Of a stretch of 64,000 bases of DNA, positions 11,554 to 20,054 are shown in pieces. The position numbers and the translations under genes are program-made. The notes below the pieces were generated by a model. The model saw only the letters and a program-made list of their open reading frames with translations. It had not been told where the DNA came from and searched no databases. How positions within the stretch are numbered: position 1 is the first letter of the stretch; each line of letters starts with the position of its first letter. Source of the DNA: Vicinamibacteria bacterium (GTDB taxonomy: Bacteria > Acidobacteriota > Vicinamibacteria > Marinacidobacterales > Marinacidobacteraceae); the NCBI GenBank assembly GCA_963555995.3, contig OY821641.1, positions 736,001-800,000 on the forward strand. Reading direction: 5' to 3'.

Positions 11554-12699
11554 GTGATCCCGTCCCAGCGCGACCTCTTCGACATCCCCCGCGACATCGC
11601 CTACCTGAACTGCGCCTACATGTCGCCGCTCCTCCACGCGGTGGTGGAGGCGGGGACGGCGGGGCTCCGGCGGAAGGCGCGGCCCTGGGAGATCGAGGTC
11701 AGCGACTTCTTCGACGACTCGGAGGCGCTCCGTGCGGCGTGGGCGGAGCTCCTGGGAGCCGGGCCCGACGCGGTCGCCATCACGCCGTCCGCCGGCTACG
11801 GGATCTCGCTCGCCGCGAACCACGTCGCGGTGGGACCGGGAGCGCGCATCCTGCTCGCCGAGGAGCAGTTCCCCTCGAACGTCTATCCCTGGACCGACAA
11901 GGCGCGGCGGACGGGCGGCGAGGTCCGCTTCGTCCCGCGTCCGGAGGACGGCGACTGGACCCGGGCGGTGCTTGCCGAACTCGACGAGCGGGTGGCGGTG
12001 GTCGCGCTTCCGAACGTCCACTGGACCGACGGGGGGATCTTCGACCTGGCGCGCATCGGGGCGCGGGCCCGGGAGGCGGGGGCGGCGCTGGTGGTGGACG
12101 CCACCCAGTCGCTCGGGGTGGCGCCGTTCGACGCGGCGACGATCCGGCCCGACTTCGTGGCGGGCGCCGGTTACAAGTGGCTCATGGGGCCGTACTCGCT
12201 CGGATACCTCTACGTCGCCCCGCATCTCGAGGACGTCGCGCCCGTCGAGCACAACTGGATCCAGAAGGCCAACGCCCGCGAGTTCGCCCGCCTCGTGGAC
12301 TACACCGAGGACTGGCAGCCGGGCGCCCGCCGGCTCGACTGCGGGGAGCGCTCCAACTTCGCGCTCGTGCCCGCGGCGCTCGCGGCCGCCCGGCAGGTGC
12401 TGGAATGGGGGCCGGAGAACATCCTGGCGACCATCGCGCCGATGACGCGCCGTCTCGCGGCCGCGGCGGCGGGACTCGGGTGCGCCGCGGGTCACGACCA
12501 GCACCGCTCGCCGCACTACCTCGCGCTCGGCCTGCCCGCCGGGAGCGGCCCCGAGGATCTCTCGCGGGTGCGGACGGCGCTCTCGGGCCGCCGGGTGTTC
12601 GTGAGCATCCGCGGGGACACCATCCGGGTCACCCCGCACCTCTACAACGACGAGCAGGATCTCGACGCGTTCATCGCCGCGCTCGGTTCCGTGCTGTGA
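11554..12699 (+). CDS. Class V PLP-dependent aminotransferase (cysteine desulfurase/kynureninase-like)
   Basis: YLNCAYMSP, QFPSN, VDATQSLG, GYKWLMGP, IRVTPHLYN. Confidence 0.9.
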   Translation: MIPSQRDLFDIPRDIAYLNCAYMSPLLHAVVEAGTAGLRRKARPWEIEVSDFFDDSEALRAAWAELLGAGPDAVAITPSAGYGISLAANHVAVGPGARILLAEEQFPSNVYPWTDKARRTGGEVRFVPRPEDGDWTRAVLAELDERVAVVALPNVHWTDGGIFDLARIGARAREAGAALVVDATQSLGVAPFDAATIRPDFVAGAGYKWLMGPYSLGYLYVAPHLEDVAPVEHNWIQKANAREFARLVDYTEDWQPGARRLDCGERSNFALVPAALAAARQVLEWGPENILATIAPMTRRLAAAAAGLGCAAGHDQHRSPHYLALGLPAGSGPEDLSRVRTALSGRRVFVSIRGDTIRVTPHLYNDEQDLDAFIAALGSVL

Positions 12700-13562
12700 A
12701 GGTCTATCTGGACACCGTCCGCCGGGTGCTCGAGGCCGGGACCCGCCGGCCGAACCGCACCGGGGTGGACACCATCGCCACCTTCAACGTGAACTCGGTG
12801 ATCCCGATGGACGAGGGGTTCCCGCTGCTCACCACCAAGAAGATCAGTTGGAAGAACATCGTGGTCGAGAACCTCTGGTTCCTGTCGGGCGAACCGACGA
12901 TCGCGCTGCTCCAGAAGCACCGGTGCCGTTTCTGGGACCCGTGGGCGGACGAGCAGGGCGCGGTGCCGAGCCCTTACGGCCACCTGTGGCGGGCGCATCC
13001 GGGGTCCGGGGGTCCGGCGGACCAGGTCCGCTGGGTGCTCGACGAGTTGCAGCGGGACCCCACGTCGCGGCGGCTGGTGATCAGCGCCTGGTCCCCGGAG
13101 AACGCGCACACGAGTTCGCTCCCGCCCTGCCACTTCGCCTTCGTGTTCAACGTGCAGTACGACGCGGCGGGCGAGCCGCGGCTCAACCTGCACCTGACCC
13201 AGCGGAGCTGCGACGTGGCGCTCGGGCTCCCCTACAACATCGCGGGCTACGCGCTGCTGCTGCACCTGTTCTCGCGGTGGTCGGGGCTGAAGCCCGGGGT
13301 CATGGGCCACACGCTGGTGGACGCCCACGTTTACACGAGGAAGGCGGACGGTTCGCTGGCCGAGTACGACCACGTGCCCGGGCTCCGCGAGCAGCTCGCG
13401 CGGGAGCCGCGCCCGCTGCCGGCGCTCACCCTCTCGGAGACGGTGTCCACGCTGGACGGGACGCTGTCCCTCCTCGGCAAGGACACCGCCGAGATCATGT
13501 CCCACTTCCAGCTCGACGGGTACGACCCCCACCCGGCCATCCGGTTCGCGGTCGCGGTATGA
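12696..13562 (+). CDS. thyA: Thymidylate synthase
   Basis: NRTGVDT, FPLLTTKK, SRRLVISAW, LPPCH, QRSCDVALGLPYN, DAHVY; GTG overlaps the upstream stop. Confidence 0.96.
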   Translation: MKVYLDTVRRVLEAGTRRPNRTGVDTIATFNVNSVIPMDEGFPLLTTKKISWKNIVVENLWFLSGEPTIALLQKHRCRFWDPWADEQGAVPSPYGHLWRAHPGSGGPADQVRWVLDELQRDPTSRRLVISAWSPENAHTSSLPPCHFAFVFNVQYDAAGEPRLNLHLTQRSCDVALGLPYNIAGYALLLHLFSRWSGLKPGVMGHTLVDAHVYTRKADGSLAEYDHVPGLREQLAREPRPLPALTLSETVSTLDGTLSLLGKDTAEIMSHFQLDGYDPHPAIRFAVAV

Positions 13563-14083
13563 GCGGCGGCTGGCGCGAGGACCCCGAGGCGCTTCCCCCG
13601 GCCCCCTTCCGGGCGAGCATGGCGGCGGTGTCCCCGGAGGGGATCATCGGGGTGGACGGCGGGATCCCCTGGGACTACCCGGGCGACCGGAAGCGGCTCT
13701 GGCGGCTGACCAGGGACACCACGATCATCCTCGGCCGGCTGACCTGGGACTCGCTGCCCCGGCGGCCGATGCGGCGGCGCCGGAACATCGTGATCAGCGC
13801 GCGCCCGGTGGAGGGCGCGGAGTCGTTCCGCTCGGTGGCGGACGCGGTGGCGGCCTGCGCGGGGGAGACGGTGTGGTTCCTGGGCGGCGCCCGCATCTAC
13901 GAGGAGGCGATGGACCACGCCGACTTCCTCGACCTGACCTACGTACCGGACCGCGTCCGGCTCCGGCCGGGGCAACGCGCGGTCCATTTCCCGAAGATTG
14001 ACGAGACCCGCTGGCTGGCGGGTCCCGCGCACCCCGACCCCGGCGAACCCGGGGTCGTCCGGCGCCGCTTCACGCGGCGCTGA
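13559..14083 (+). CDS. folA: Dihydrofolate reductase
   Basis: GIIGVDGGIPWDYPGD, ILGRLTWDSL, RRNIVIS, LGGARIY; ATGA overlap with thyA. Confidence 0.92.
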   Translation: MSGGWREDPEALPPAPFRASMAAVSPEGIIGVDGGIPWDYPGDRKRLWRLTRDTTIILGRLTWDSLPRRPMRRRRNIVISARPVEGAESFRSVADAVAACAGETVWFLGGARIYEEAMDHADFLDLTYVPDRVRLRPGQRAVHFPKIDETRWLAGPAHPDPGEPGVVRRRFTRR

Positions 14084-14096
14084 ATGGAGACCTGAA

Positions 14097-14486
14097 ATGA
14101 GCGACGAGATCACCCTGATCGCCGGCGAGGGCCTGCCGCGGCCGGCCGGTCCCTACAGCCCCGCCGCCAAGGTGGGCAACCTGGTGTTCGTTTCCGGCCA
14201 GGTGGGGGTGGACCCCGCCACCGGTTTCGCGCCGCACGGGGTGGCGGCCCAGACCGAGCAGGTGTTCCGGAACATCGCCTCCATCCTGGAGGCGGCGGGT
14301 TCGAGCCTCGACCGGGTGGTCCGTTGCGGGGTCTTCGTCGCCGACATGGACGAGTTCGGGGCGATGAACGAGGTCTACGAGCGCATGTTCAACGGCCACC
14401 AGCCCGCCCGCTCCACCATCCAACCCCAACGCCTCCCCGGCAAGGGCTTCCTCGTGGAGATAGACGCCATCGCCACCTGCGACTGA
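14097..14486 (+). CDS. RidA/YjgF family enamine-imine deaminase
   Basis: AGPYSPA, FVSGQVG, MNEVY, PARST, VEIDAIA. Confidence 0.92.
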   Translation: MSDEITLIAGEGLPRPAGPYSPAAKVGNLVFVSGQVGVDPATGFAPHGVAAQTEQVFRNIASILEAAGSSLDRVVRCGVFVADMDEFGAMNEVYERMFNGHQPARSTIQPQRLPGKGFLVEIDAIATCD

Positions 14487-14493
14487 GGGTAGA

Positions 14494-14549
14494 GAGCGGG
14501 GAGCGGGGAGCGGGGAGCGGGGAGCGGGGAGCGGGGAGCGGGGAGCGCC
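14494..14549 (+). repeat. Heptamer microsatellite (GAGCGGG)x7 running into the first REP head
   Basis: Seven perfect units at 14494-14542, then GAGCGCC(GG). Confidence 0.9.
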
Positions 14550-15012
14550 GGTGTTCACACCGGCACCACCCGCCTCCGGCGGGTGAAGCACTGCGAACCG
14601 TGGAGCGGCACCAGGAACGGAGGAAGGGAGCGCCGGTCTTCAGACCGGCACCCCCCGCCTCCGGCGGGTGAAGCACTACGAACCGTGGAGCGGCACCAGG
14701 AATGGAGGAAGGGAGCGCCGGTCTTCAGACCGGCACCCCCCGCCTCCGGCGGGTGAAGCACTACGAACCGTGGAGCGGCACCAGGAACGGAGGAAGGGAG
14801 CGCCGGTGTTCACACCGGCACCACCCGCCTCCGGCGGGTGAAGCACTGCGAACCGTGGAGCGGCACCAGGACATGGAGGAAGGGAGCGCCGGTCTTCAGA
14901 CCGGCACCACCCGCCTCCGGCGGGTGAAGCGCTACGAACCGTGGAGCGGCACCAGGAACGGAGGAAGGGAGCGCCGGTCTTCAGACCGGCACCACCCGCC
15001 GGAGGCGGGTGA
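14541..15012 (+). repeat. Left tandem REP array, 85-86 bp period, 6 REP copies
   Basis: REP heads at 14541, 14626, 14711, 14796, 14882 and 14967. Each unit is REP + CCCGCC-TCC-GGCGGG hairpin + conserved spacer. Confidence 0.95.
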
Positions 15013-15113
15013 GGGGCTCTCGGCTACGCCTCCGGTTAGCGCGCCGACGCCGACGTGACCCATCCACCAATCCCGCGCTACCCTGCCGCGTTCGCTCGGG
15101 CCTGGAGGTCGCC

Positions 15114-15821
15114 ATGCGTCGCGTCGGGACTGCCGCTACGAGGAGGCCGCGGGTCCCCGCCCGCGTGAAACGCCGCTGGCGCGCCTCCCCTCCGTCGGCC
15201 CGGTCCGAGGGCCATACCGGCGGTGCGCGGCACCGGAAGGTCTATTCCCGCAGCTACCTGCCGCACACCGACGCGCCGGGCATCGCGCAGGGCGTCACGC
15301 TGCGCCTCGCGGACAGCGTGCCTGGGGAGGTGATTCAGCGCTGGAGAGATGAGATCCGCACCAGCCGGCGGTGGCGGACCGAACCGGTCCGCCACCGAGA
15401 GCTCCAGCGTCGGATCGCCCACTACGAGGATGCGGGCCGGGGCGAATGCCACTTGCGGCGGCCGGAGATTGCCCGGCTGGTGCGCGATGCGTTCCTGCGA
15501 TTCGACGGCGAGCGCTATCGGCTTCTGGCGTGGTGCGTCATGCCGAACCACGTCCACGTCCTTCTGGAGCAGCGCAAGGGATATCCGCTTGCCGAGATTG
15601 TCAAGAGTTGGAAGGCGTACACCGGGCGATGGGCCAACGAGATCCTGGGGCGCAGGGGTCCATTCTGGATGCGTGACTACCACGACCGGCGGATCCGGGA
15701 TGAGAAACACATGAACCAGGCCCTCGCCTACGTCCGGAACAATCCCGTGAAGGCGGGACTGTGCGAGCGGGCGGAGGACTGGCCGTGGTCTTCGGCGGCG
15801 AAGGCGCGCGTTTTGGGCTGA
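15114..15821 (+). CDS. REP-associated tyrosine transposase (RAYT / TnpA-REP, HUH Y1 family)
   Basis: SRSYLPH...VTLRLADS, HUH motif MPNHVHVLL, SWKAYT, FWMRDYHDRRIR, catalytic YVRNNPVKAGL, WPWSS. Flanked by inverted REP arrays. Exact start uncertain. Confidence 0.93.
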   Translation: MRRVGTAATRRPRVPARVKRRWRASPPSARSEGHTGGARHRKVYSRSYLPHTDAPGIAQGVTLRLADSVPGEVIQRWRDEIRTSRRWRTEPVRHRELQRRIAHYEDAGRGECHLRRPEIARLVRDAFLRFDGERYRLLAWCVMPNHVHVLLEQRKGYPLAEIVKSWKAYTGRWANEILGRRGPFWMRDYHDRRIRDEKHMNQALAYVRNNPVKAGLCERAEDWPWSSAAKARVLG

Positions 15822-15833
15822 TCGGGATTGTGT

Positions 15834-16684
15834 GGTTCCGCCGGGCTTCGCCCGGCGGGTGCCGGTGTGAACACCGGCGCTCCCGGTGTGGGTGGCGTGC
15901 TGGGGTCGGGGTGGGTTCCGCCGGGCTTCGCCCGGCGGGTGCCGGTGTGAACACCGGCGCTCCCGGTGTGGGTGGTGTGCTGGGGTTGGGGTTGGTTCCG
16001 CCGGGCTTCGCCCGGCGGGTGCCGGTGTGAACACCGGCGCTCCCGGTGTGGGTGGTGTGCTGGGGTTGGGGTTGGTTCCGCCGGGCTTCGCCCGGCGGGT
16101 GCCGGTGTGAACACCGGCGCTCCCGGTGTGGGTGGCGTGCTGGGGTCGGGGTGGGTTCCGCCGGGCTTCGCCCGGCGGGTGCCGGTGTGAACACCGGCGC
16201 TCCCGGTGTGGGTGGCGTGCTGGGGTCGGGGTGGGTTCCGCCGGGCTTCGCCCGGCGGGTGCCGGTGTGAACACCGGCGCTCCCGGTGTGGGTGGCGTGC
16301 TGGGGTCGGGGTGGGTTCCGCCGGGCTTCGCCCGGCGGGTGGCGGTGTGAACACCGGCGCTCCCGGGGTGGGTGGTGTGCCGGGGTTGGGGTGGGTTCCG
16401 CCGGGCTTCGCCCGGCGGGTGCCGGTGTGAACACCGGCGCTCCCGGTGTGGGTGGCGTGCTGGGGTGGGGGTTGGTTCCGCCGGGCTTCGTTCGGCGGGT
16501 GCCGGTGTGAACACCGGCGCTCCCGGTGTGGGTGGTGTGTTGGGGCTGGGGTGGGTTCCGCCGGGCTTTGCCCGGCGGGTGCCGGTGTGAACACCGGCGC
16601 TCCCGGGGTGGGTGGTGTGCCGGGGTTGGGGTTGGTTCCGCCGGGTTTTGCCCGGCGGGTGCCGGTGTGAACCCCGGCGCTCCC
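15834..16684 (-). repeat. Right tandem REP array, exact 80-bp period, 11 REP copies (REP on minus strand)
   Basis: GCCGGTGTGAACACCGGCGCTCCC at 15861+80n (n=0..10), each preceded by a CCGCCGGGC-TTC-GCCCGGCGG hairpin; G/T-rich spacer. Confidence 0.95.
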
Positions 16685-16703
16685 CTTCCCGGGTTCTCGC
16701 TTC

Positions 16704-18206
16704 TTACTGGCCCGGGGGGATGACTTCCAGGGTGAGGGGGTCGCGGTCGGGGAGGTGGGTGATGGCGCCGTTCAGGAGGTCGGCCATGGTGGCGCGGCCC
16801 TCGGGGTCGCCGGGGGCGATGTCGTCCCAGATGCCGACCACGAGCATGACCATCTGGTCGGGCTGCAGGTACTTCCGGGCCGCCGCGAGCACGTCGTCGG
16901 TGGTCACCGCCTGGATCTGTTCGCGCCAGCGGGTCCAGTAGCCGTGGTCGCGGCCGAGGAACGCGTCGTTCGCGAAGATGCCGGCCCGGGCGCCGGCGCT
17001 CTCGAAGCGGCGCGGGAAGCTGTCCACGAGCGAACGCTTCGCGAGCGCCAGCTCCTCGGCCGAGACCGCCTCGTCGCGCATCCGGCGGACCTCCTCCAGC
17101 GCGATCGCCGCGGCCAGCGCCACCGTCTCGCTCTTCGACTGGTAGCCCAGCGAATACGCGCTCGGCCCCAGCGGGTTGAAGCCGAAGCGGCCGCCGGCGC
17201 CGTAGGCGAGCCCCTCGTCGGAGCGGATGCGCTGCATCAGCCGGGAGGTGAAGCCGCTCGCGCCCAGGATGTGGTCCATGACCTGGATGGCGGCGCGCTC
17301 GGGGTTTGACCAGTCGTCCCAGCGGGGCGCGAGGTTGCCGATCCGCACCTTGCCCTGCGGGATGTCCTTCTCGACGTGGTAGATGCCCGGCGCCGGAGCC
17401 TCGTTCTCGTGCGGCGGCGGCCAGGGGACGTCCGCCGCGTCGTCCGCCGCGGGCCAGGCCGCGAGCCGCTCCTCCAGCTCCGCCAGGATCTCCGCGGTGT
17501 CCACGTCCCCGGAGACCGACCAGACCATGTGCTCCGGCCGCCAGTGGCGGCGGTGGAAGTCCCGCAGGTCCTCCGGGGTGATCGCGTCGAGGTGGGCCAC
17601 CGTCATCTGCCGGCCGAGGTAGGTGTCCGGCCCGTAGAGCAGCCGGGACCACTCCCGCGACAGCAGGCGGTCGCCGTCGTCGTTCCGCTGTTTCAGGTCC
17701 TCCCGGACGTTCTCCTGCCGCACCGCGAACCGGGCCTCGTCGAACCGCGGCCGCGTGAGCACGTCGAAGAAGAGGTCGAGGCTCTCCCCGAACGCCGGGG
17801 TGATGGTGCGGAGCGCGGCGCGCGCCTCGGTGTCGCGCGAGGAGGTCGAGATCTGCGCGGCGAGGAACTCGATCCGCTCGTCCAGTTCTTCCGGGCTGCG
17901 GTCGCCGGCCCCGCCCTCGCGCATCATCCGCGCGGTCAGCGACGAGAGTCCCACGCGCTCCGCGGGGTCGAGGAAGCTCCCGATCCGCAGGGTCACCCCC
18001 ATGCGGATCAGCGGCAGGGTGTGGTCCTCGACGACGACCACCGGGACGCCGCTGCTCAGCGTGTGGTGGTAGTCGCTCCCGTCGGGGACCTCGAAGACGA
18101 AGTCGGGGAAGACCAGTTCCTCGGGCCGGTCGGGGATGTCCTGCGCGGCGGCGGGAAGCCCTGCCATCAGGAGGGCAAGCAGAATCGAGGCTGTTCGGCG
18201 CTTCAT
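16704..18206 (-). CDS. M16 (pitrilysin) peptidase, non-catalytic subunit, secreted
   Basis: Signal peptide MKRRTASILLALL; FTSRLMQRIRSDEGLAY; lacks HXXEH. Overlaps the partner gene stop. Confidence 0.88.
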   Translation of the reverse strand: MKRRTASILLALLMAGLPAAAQDIPDRPEELVFPDFVFEVPDGSDYHHTLSSGVPVVVVEDHTLPLIRMGVTLRIGSFLDPAERVGLSSLTARMMREGGAGDRSPEELDERIEFLAAQISTSSRDTEARAALRTITPAFGESLDLFFDVLTRPRFDEARFAVRQENVREDLKQRNDDGDRLLSREWSRLLYGPDTYLGRQMTVAHLDAITPEDLRDFHRRHWRPEHMVWSVSGDVDTAEILAELEERLAAWPAADDAADVPWPPPHENEAPAPGIYHVEKDIPQGKVRIGNLAPRWDDWSNPERAAIQVMDHILGASGFTSRLMQRIRSDEGLAYGAGGRFGFNPLGPSAYSLGYQSKSETVALAAAIALEEVRRMRDEAVSAEELALAKRSLVDSFPRRFESAGARAGIFANDAFLGRDHGYWTRWREQIQAVTTDDVLAAARKYLQPDQMVMLVVGIWDDIAPGDPEGRATMADLLNGAITHLPDRDPLTLEVIPPGQ

Positions 18207-19960
18207 CGTGCCTCTCCTTCCTCCGGAAGCTCGGCGATCCGCTCCCGGATCACCTGCTCCACGTACTGGAGCGCCCCCTGCATCTGCGGCGGCGCCTGTC
18301 CCATCAGCTGGCCGAACTGGGCGAGCATGCCCTCCAGCGCGGCCCGGTCGGTGGACCCCCGGATCTGCCGGATCTGGGCCATGACCTGCTGCCGGACCGG
18401 CCCGGGCAGGTCCGCGAGCTCGGCCGGGACCTCCTCGGCGGCGGCGCCCGCCTTCCGGGTGTAGTGGGCGACCGCCCGGTTGGTGGGCACGAGGTACTTC
18501 GCGGCCACCCGCTGGACGTCCTCCCCGGTCACCGCGAGGGTCCGGTCCGCCCAGGTGTTGATGTACTCCCAGTCGCCGAGCGAGTCGTAAACGAGGAGCT
18601 GGACCAGCAGGAAGAAGCCGCCGTCGAGCCGCTCCCAGGCCGCCGCCGAGACCTGGTTCTTGACCTTCTGGATCTCCTCGGCGGGGATCGGCTCCTCGAC
18701 GATCCGCCGGAGCTCGCGCTCGATGGCGGCTTCGAGCTGGTCCGGCGTCGCGTCGCCCTTCGCCTCGGCGGTGATCTCGATCAGCCCCGCCCACTTGCGG
18801 TTCTGCTGGAACGCCGCCGCCGAACTCGCGATCTCGTCCCCGAGCACCATGGTCTTGTAGAGCCGCCCGGTGCGCCCGTTCAGCAACCCGGCGAGCACGT
18901 CGAGCGCGTACTGGTCGCGGTGCCGGAAGGGCACCGTGTGGTAGCGGACCGCGACCTGCGGCTGGCAGTCGCAGGCGGCGTCGAGGCGCTTCCCGGCGTT
19001 CGCCTCCATCTCCAGGGTGACGACGTCGGGGGCCTCGGGTCCCGTTGCGAGGCGGCCGAAGTACTTCTCGGCGAGCGCCTTCGCCTCGTCGAGGTCGAAG
19101 TTGCCGACGAGGGCGCCGGTGAGGTTCCCGGGGGCGTAGTAGGTGTCGTAGAACTCCTCGGCCTGGGCGAGGGTGAAGACCCGGAGGTCCGACGGCCAGC
19201 CGATAACCGGCCACGAATAGGGGTGCGACTGCCAGAACATGGCCTCGAACGCCTCGTCGAACTCGCCGGTGGGGGTGGACTCGGTGCGGAGTCGGCGCTC
19301 CTCGTGGACCACGTCGCGCTCGGCGTAGAACTCGCGGAAGACGGGGCGCAGGAGCCGCTCGGACTCCATCCAGAACCAGAGCTCCAGCCGGTTCTGGGGG
19401 ACGGTGATGAAGTAGACCGTCTGGTCGTGGGAGGTGAAGGCGTTCATGCCGGTGGCGCCCGCCTCGGTGTAGATGCGGTCGAACTCGTCCTTGACCATGA
19501 GCGTCCGCTGTTCCTCGACGAGCGCGTCGAACTGCTCGCGGAGCGTCACCATTTCTTCGGGCAGGTCCTCCTGGCCGAAGGGGTCCTCGATCTCGCCGAG
19601 CCGGGCGGCGGCGCGCCGGTCCCGGTAGATCGCCCGGATCTGCTCCTGGATCGCCTCCTGTTCCTCGATGATGGCCTGGTCCCGCTCGGCGTCGGAGGTG
19701 CCGACGGTGGGGGTGCCCTTGAACATCATGTGCTCGAAGAAGTGGCTCATCCCGGTGATCCCGGGACGTTCGTTGGCGGAGCCGACGTGGGCCGCCCAGC
19801 CGGCGGACACGGTGGTCATTTCGGGGCGGACGACCGCGAGGAAGCGCATCCCGTTCGCGAGGGTGAACTCCTCCACGGGGACCGCCGCCTGGGCGAACAG
19901 CGGGGCGGGCGTCGCCAGCGCCAGGGCGAGCGCGGCCAACCGAAAAATCGGATGTTGCAT
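18203..19960 (-). CDS. M16 (pitrilysin) zinc peptidase, catalytic subunit, secreted
   Basis: GMSHFFEHMMFKGT, NAFTS, ERDVVHEERR, HPYSWPVIG. Confidence 0.93.
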   Translation of the reverse strand: MQHPIFRLAALALALATPAPLFAQAAVPVEEFTLANGMRFLAVVRPEMTTVSAGWAAHVGSANERPGITGMSHFFEHMMFKGTPTVGTSDAERDQAIIEEQEAIQEQIRAIYRDRRAAARLGEIEDPFGQEDLPEEMVTLREQFDALVEEQRTLMVKDEFDRIYTEAGATGMNAFTSHDQTVYFITVPQNRLELWFWMESERLLRPVFREFYAERDVVHEERRLRTESTPTGEFDEAFEAMFWQSHPYSWPVIGWPSDLRVFTLAQAEEFYDTYYAPGNLTGALVGNFDLDEAKALAEKYFGRLATGPEAPDVVTLEMEANAGKRLDAACDCQPQVAVRYHTVPFRHRDQYALDVLAGLLNGRTGRLYKTMVLGDEIASSAAAFQQNRKWAGLIEITAEAKGDATPDQLEAAIERELRRIVEEPIPAEEIQKVKNQVSAAAWERLDGGFFLLVQLLVYDSLGDWEYINTWADRTLAVTGEDVQRVAAKYLVPTNRAVAHYTRKAGAAAEEVPAELADLPGPVRQQVMAQIRQIRGSTDRAALEGMLAQFGQLMGQAPPQMQGALQYVEQVIRERIAELPEEGEAR

Positions 19961-20054
19961 AAGGCGAGGATGGTAGCGAAGGCCCGGGGTTGACCGGGTC
20001 TTCCACTGCTACGATATTCGGCTCGCCCGGGTTCGCCGGGCGCGGGGGAATCGA

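Noticed and set aside
14541-16684. CRISPR arrays flanking a nuclease
   Set aside because: The spacers are near-identical rather than unique, the repeat is the genome-wide REP, and no cas genes are present; the enclosed gene is a RAYT.
15078-17652. Long repetitive Pro/His/Arg-rich ORFs across the arrays
   Set aside because: Artefacts of stop-free 80/85-bp repeats being read in rotating frames.
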